A DNA stretch of 64,000 nucleotides from positions 8,990,001 to 9,054,000 of the forward strand of contig CM022669.1 in the NCBI GenBank assembly GCA_012295275.1, written 5' to 3'. Within the stretch, counting starts at the first letter, position 1. The number at the start of each line of letters is the position of its first letter. The position numbers and the translations under genes are program-made. Below the pieces are notes generated by a model, which worked only from the letters and a program-made list of their open reading frames with translations, was not told the origin of the DNA and did not search any database. Source of the stretch: Chrysomallon squamiferum (Eukaryota > Animalia > Mollusca). Of the stretch, positions 58,109 to 64,000 are shown one piece after another.

Positions 58109-60941
58109 ATAAATTAGTTATGGTCTGTACAGATGTTTCTGTGTATGTGAACATTTTTACTCAAATCAAATTCTCATTGACCCGTTTTCCACTCCGACAG
58201 AAGATGGAATTAAAATTATAATGAAAGCGAAAAAAAAAAAAAAAAAAAAAACAACAAGGAACACAGACATCACAAAACTACTAGAACGCCACCTGGTATT
58301 TGCTAAATCACTTCGCAACAATCTTTCTAAAAATAGCGACAAGTTATCGAGAAAGAACTGTCCTTGATGTTAGGTGAAGCAAATCCTCGGTCTGATTACA
58401 GTTAAATCATTTTCAAGAGCAGAGAGAGAGGAGTTTTCTTTCTTTGTTAAGTCTTTAACAAGACCTCTTACACATGTGTTCTCTGTTCCGCTCTTTCTTG
58501 TATGATCATCACAGTTCCAGACTGCTACACTTATTAGCGGCAAAGTGTGTTTTATCACTACCTTTCCATGGGCAGCGAAACACATCACAGTCTTTGATCA
58601 GTCAGTCATGCTGAGAACACAATACGAGCTGGAACGGGAAAACTAGATCAGATACTTGATCGGGAAGAATGTATTTTGGGAGTCCAAAACGTTAATGCGA
58701 AATCACCGATTACAATGTTGTTCTGTCCATCTATCCAACCGTTTGTCCGGTTTTCTATCCATCTCTAACAATCTATCTGTTAGAGTTTTACCTTTTATAT
58801 TTGAATACATTTGTCTGTGTACAGGTCAAAAAAAGAAAGAAAAAAAGGTCAAGATATGTACCAAGAGTGTCCGTCGTTTGCTCGTCTTAATCTCAGCTTG
58901 CTAATACATTTTAAACAAATGCAGAACAAATGTTAGTTGCTTCTGCATCCGTCCTGTCACACTAGAAAACCAAAGACAAATATTTTTCACGTGTTTTCGC
59001 ACGGAAAGTGTCAAATGTTTTTTTGTCGGATAAACACGATTAGGAGACGGAGATTAATACGTGAAGCAGGTTTCTGCAGGTACGAGTAGCAGACGTGTCA
59101 ACATGGCGGCGGTGTGTGTACACGCGGGGTCGCACGAAATCCCGTTAACGACCACCCCAATCGCAAACTGGCGCGTAATGAATTGGTTTTCAAGTGAAAC
59201 TTGAAACCGAAGTGTCGAGTGTTGCTATTTTCTTTCTGTTGATGGGTGTACGTGGGTCAGAAGGAGAAAAAAAGAAGAAGAAAAAAAAAAAAAAAAGAAG
59301 AAGAAAAGAAAAAAAAAAGAAGAAGGAAAAATATTACCTGTGCTGCGATTGTGTGAACAAAATGAAAAAAAGAAAAAAGAAAGAAACTATTATATTTATT
59401 GTTGTTGTTATTGTTGTTGTCGTTGTTGATGGACGATGTTGTTATCAGCAACGTCATCATCATAATTTGATAAAAATTATTTTTGGCCATATTATATAAT
59501 ATATTCGGACTTCGATAATTCTGATTATCAAACAGAAACATTCACACATTATAAGCAGCACTCATACAGACACACAAATATACACTAATGCAGTCAGACA
59601 AATACACACGTACGTACACTCTGATATACCAACACAAAGACATAATTATAAACATACACAAACACATATTATAATTATAGAGATACACAAACATAAAACA
59701 CACACACTCAACACAGACAACATGCAAATAACATTTATATAAATAAAATAAAATTACGTGAAATGAATTTTTCATATTCTTAAAGATATTTCCTTTCAGT
59801 TACGTAAATCACAATCTTGAAAAAAAACAACAAAAACATCTTAAGACAGAAACTGTAACGACACAGAATTGTATAATGGTGAGAAGAGACGCGATTCTGT
59901 CATTTATTTCAATTTATAAAGATTCCTTTTTTCTCTCTGTCGTAAAAAGACGAAGTTTCAGTGAGACAGATCGTTTTCACGTCCTGCAGAATGAACAAGA
60001 AGAAATATTATTTTGTCTGACGAATAACATATTTTAATGTGACACTCAGCGTTAGTCTAATTAAGATACAAGCAGAGCTTTTTTGTCGTAGTTTCTTTCT
60101 TGTCTTCTCTAAGTTGTTTTAATGTTCTTTTACTCTTTGTAACCAGAGCCAGACAAACATACAGAGTCTTTTGTTTTGTTTTGTTTTTTAATTTTTATCT
60201 GTTATACGTGGTTGGAACAGACACTGTTGCGATGGTGATTGATCACGTGTCAGTTAGAAGAAGTTTATCAGTGAGAATTGAGAGAAACGAGATGTTTGTT
60301 TTACTCAGTTTTAGACTGACCAGACGTCCTTAACGTTAGTTTTTTTTTTACTTCTTTCTCGAGTCTGTTGTTCCAGGACGTGTAAAAATGAATTTTAATT
60401 TCTTTCATTTCTTTATTTATATTCTGCATGAAGCGTGTATCAAGTGTGTAATATATACATGTATTAAGAAAAAAAAAAAAAAAAAAAAAAAAATTACATT
60501 ATAGTAATATCTGACAAATGAACACTGCTAAGTATGTTTTGTATATTTTATATTTTCTATACTTCAACTCAGTATTAAAAATAAGTGTCAAAAATTGTTT
60601 TGAAAAATGTTCAAATATGGAAGTGGCCATTATTTTTCTTTTTAACATCGCACATCTAGCTCAGGAAATAAAGACTAAAAAAAGTTAAAAAGTAAAAATA
60701 AAAGAAGATAAATACAACAAGTAAAAAATAATAACAAAAAATCCCCCAAAAGAACAACAACCAAAAAAAAAAAAAAAAAAAAAAAAAAACCAACAAAAAA
60801 ACCAAACTAACTACAAACAACAGTGACATTTAGTACTTTCTTTCATAATCGAAAAAAATCAAAACATGGAATAACAACAACAAAGATAATAATAAGTAAA
60901 TAAGTAAGTAAGTAAATAAATAAATAAATAATAATAAAATA

Positions 60942-60983
<42 letters not shown>

Positions 60984-61913
60984 GAAGAAGAAGAAGAAGA
61001 AGAAGAAGAAAATGAACAATATAAAATTTAAAACTTTTTATGAAAACAAAATTAAATAAAACAATAATTTAAACTGAAAAAAATAAAAATATTAATAATA
61101 AAACAATAATTTAAACTGAAAAAATAAAAATAATAATAAAAAAAAAATAAAATAAATTAAAAAAAAAAGGTGAAGAAAGAGGAAAAATCCTCTAAAAATT
61201 TACTAAAAAATGTAAATTAAACTTTCTATGACGTTGTCAGTATTGTCACCTAGAGCACTTTATTGAAATAGATTTTCTTGATTTTCTGTTTAACAAGCAA
61301 AAACTGCTCGCAGTTATCCAATTTGAATTCGTTAGTTATTGAGTTAGAGACAAAAAACATCTGATCACGCGAAACTAAACTTGTTAATAATGAAGCTGTA
61401 CAGCTGTCGTTTTTGTTTTTTCTTATTTCTCAGAGAGTTTTTATTTTTTTAAATTTTTATTTTTTTAAAATTTTCTTTGTCTTTGGTTTCCTGTGCACTT
61501 TTTAAAGACAAATAACAAAAACAGCAATGGCATTAGTAGTGTATTACTAAAGTGTTTGTAGTAGAAGTAGTAGTAGTAGTAGCAGTAGTAGTAGTAGTAG
61601 TAGTAGCAGTAGTAGTAGTAGTAATATCAGCAGCACTAGTAGTAGTAGTAGTAGTAGTAGTACCTGCAGGAGTAATAGTATTTCCTTATTGTCAAGGAAT
61701 CAAGGATGGTGCATACAAAGTATATGTGCGACCAAAAGAATGTTTTGTAAAATATCAAATTAAAGAAATTCAAAGAAAGAACAAACACGTTTTACCTTGT
61801 TTAGAAAAGTTTGCTGAGCTTTTCTTGACATCGTTTTTTAATCGCGACAAAAAGATGTAGCGTTACACAGTGAATGACGTCATTTCTTTGTTGACGTCAG
61901 AGAATAATTGTAA

Positions 61914-61945
<32 letters not shown>

Positions 61946-62060
61946 AATAATGATGATGATGATGATTTTCACTGCGGTGACGATTACGACAACGACAGAT
62001 GATGATGATGACAATAACAATAATAACAACAATAATAACAATAACAATAACAGTAGCAAT

Positions 62061-62106
<46 letters not shown>

Positions 62107-62777
62107 GTAATAATACTAATAATAAAGGCTTGTAATAGGAGATAAAATTGCACCGGTTCAGGTAATTATAATAATTTCTGTAATTCACGATTTTCGCCAA
62201 TTTACCTTTATTTTTAGAAGTTAGTAATAAGTAGGCCACATATCTCCATTAAAGTAATTCGTAGTAATGACATAAAATTATAGCCGAAGGTTAGCCTTTT
62301 TTTTTTCTCTCATAAATTAAAGAATTAAATGATGTAAATAATTACATTTTAAGACAGAAAATAAAATTGTAAAATTATTTTTTACATTTACAGGTCAGTG
62401 CAACAACATTTTTCAGTAATTTTTCTATTTTGTGATTATGTTTTTTTTTTTTTTTTTTGAGAAAGATATCAAACATAAAAGGTTAGTGATATTAATTTTT
62501 TTTTTCTTGTTCTTGCCTTTTTCTGGCCCAGGATTAATTGTTAACAATAGTTAATTGTAAAGAATTAAGAAGATAATTATAATCTGCATTTATAGATTGT
62601 TATAAATAATTGATGAGTTTAGCCTCACGCGATGGTCTGTTATATTATCTAATTATTAAAATTAATAGGCGATTAACATTTGTATAGTTTGAATAATCTC
62701 CCTTTCAATATATATATATATTTGTGTCAATCAACATTTACCTTCGGCTTTAATAATTTGAAATGATTATTTTGAAA

Positions 62778-62816
<39 letters not shown>

Positions 62817-64000
62817 AACAAATAAATAAACCTCTACCACCAGAAAGAAAGAGAAAAGAAATTGAAATTAAAATAAACCTCCCCAAACTAGAAAACAAAA
62901 CAAAAACGATGAGTAAAAAAAAAAAAAAAAAAAAAATTAAATTAAAAGATAAAAAAAAAAAAACCCTACTAAAACTCATGAAACCTTTGATTTGAAAGAT
63001 CAACAAATTACATCCAGAAAAAAAAAAAAAAAAAAAATAAAAATAAAAAAAAAAAGAAAGAATAAAGAACTGAAAAAAACAAATATAACCCAACAACAAA
63101 TAAATAAAAAAAAAAATTAAAACACAGCGAAAGATCAAAAAGAACCCTTAAGGCAATGAACCAGAAAATTTCTCAAAAGAAAACGTGAGCAGAAAAAAAG
63201 AAACGTGTGTTAAACAAAACGTGACTATCTACTACACGTGTCACTTTACACACTCTGGCTCAGTTAAAACTTCTCAAATCCTCATTTACGTTAGTTTTTA
63301 TTTTTTTTTTCACGACTCCGTATAAATAGCAAACTTGCACGTGCGAGTTCCGCAAATCGTGAAATAGCGTTTGATAATTAGGAGAAGCGCACGCGCCATA
63401 AAAACCGCGGTTTTTCTCGCGATTACGCTTGTAACAAGACGTTTGAAAGCAGGACTGCTTCCCAGTCGAGTGTTAGCGAAATCAGAAGTCGAATGTTAAA
63501 CAGATCGGAGTGTTAAGAAGAAAATCGTGTTAATGAATGATAACTCAGACCCACTTTAATAACAGTTAGTATGTGTTAAACACAGAGTGTTAAATTTACG
63601 ATGTCAGATGTAGACTTATACGACTGTAACTATTTTTACAATCGTTAAGTACGTTGTATTTTAAAACAGAAATATATTTCCTGATTTCTAACGAGAGTAT
63701 TTAGTATATATATAAAATAAAAGAGAGAATTCGTTTCATCTACTTGACTGGATATGTTGTAGATTAGGGTGGTTGTGGCTGGGCAATTTTTTTTGTGTTA
63801 TTTCTTTCACAGGATAGTTCAAACACGCCTGTCATGACACGCTAAATTGTTCTGTGTACATCAGCAGTATATGATCTTATATAGAAACTTTTTTTAATGA
63901 CAAAAAAAAAAAAAAACCCACTGAACCTCTTGGTCTTTGTCGTAGCAAACAACGGGTAGAAAGGTTGGAAATAATATAAAGGTGAAAAAAAAAGAAAAAA

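Overview
Very AT-rich, microsatellite-dense eukaryotic (metazoan) genomic DNA. It is probably from a gastropod mollusc; this is inferred from repeat types and gene content and is not verified. Three spliced protein-coding genes can be reconstructed by hand. (1) On the minus strand, a 3-exon type II membrane copper/topaquinone amine oxidase (16643->4762, ~840 aa, all catalytic motifs present). (2) On the plus strand, a complete 12-exon COP9 signalosome subunit 2 gene (COPS2, 31002-37230, ~442 aa). (3) On the plus strand, a small Shisa-like/CYYR1-like single-pass membrane protein (3 clear exons, 42796-44591, first exon unresolved). Three single-base frameshifts (two in the oxidase, one in COPS2) all fall in 4-nt homopolymers and look like long-read assembly errors. 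The rest is simple repeats, minisatellites, degraded SINE-like copies, short local duplications and motif-dense non-coding islands. Most ORFs in the supplied track are microsatellite translations. I found no convincing new multi-gene system. The best leads are the unusual cytoplasmic tails of the oxidase and the Shisa-like protein, a duplicated element flanking the oxidase first exon, a possible unannotated transcript at 21-24 kb, and a sharp CpG/CRE contrast around COPS2.
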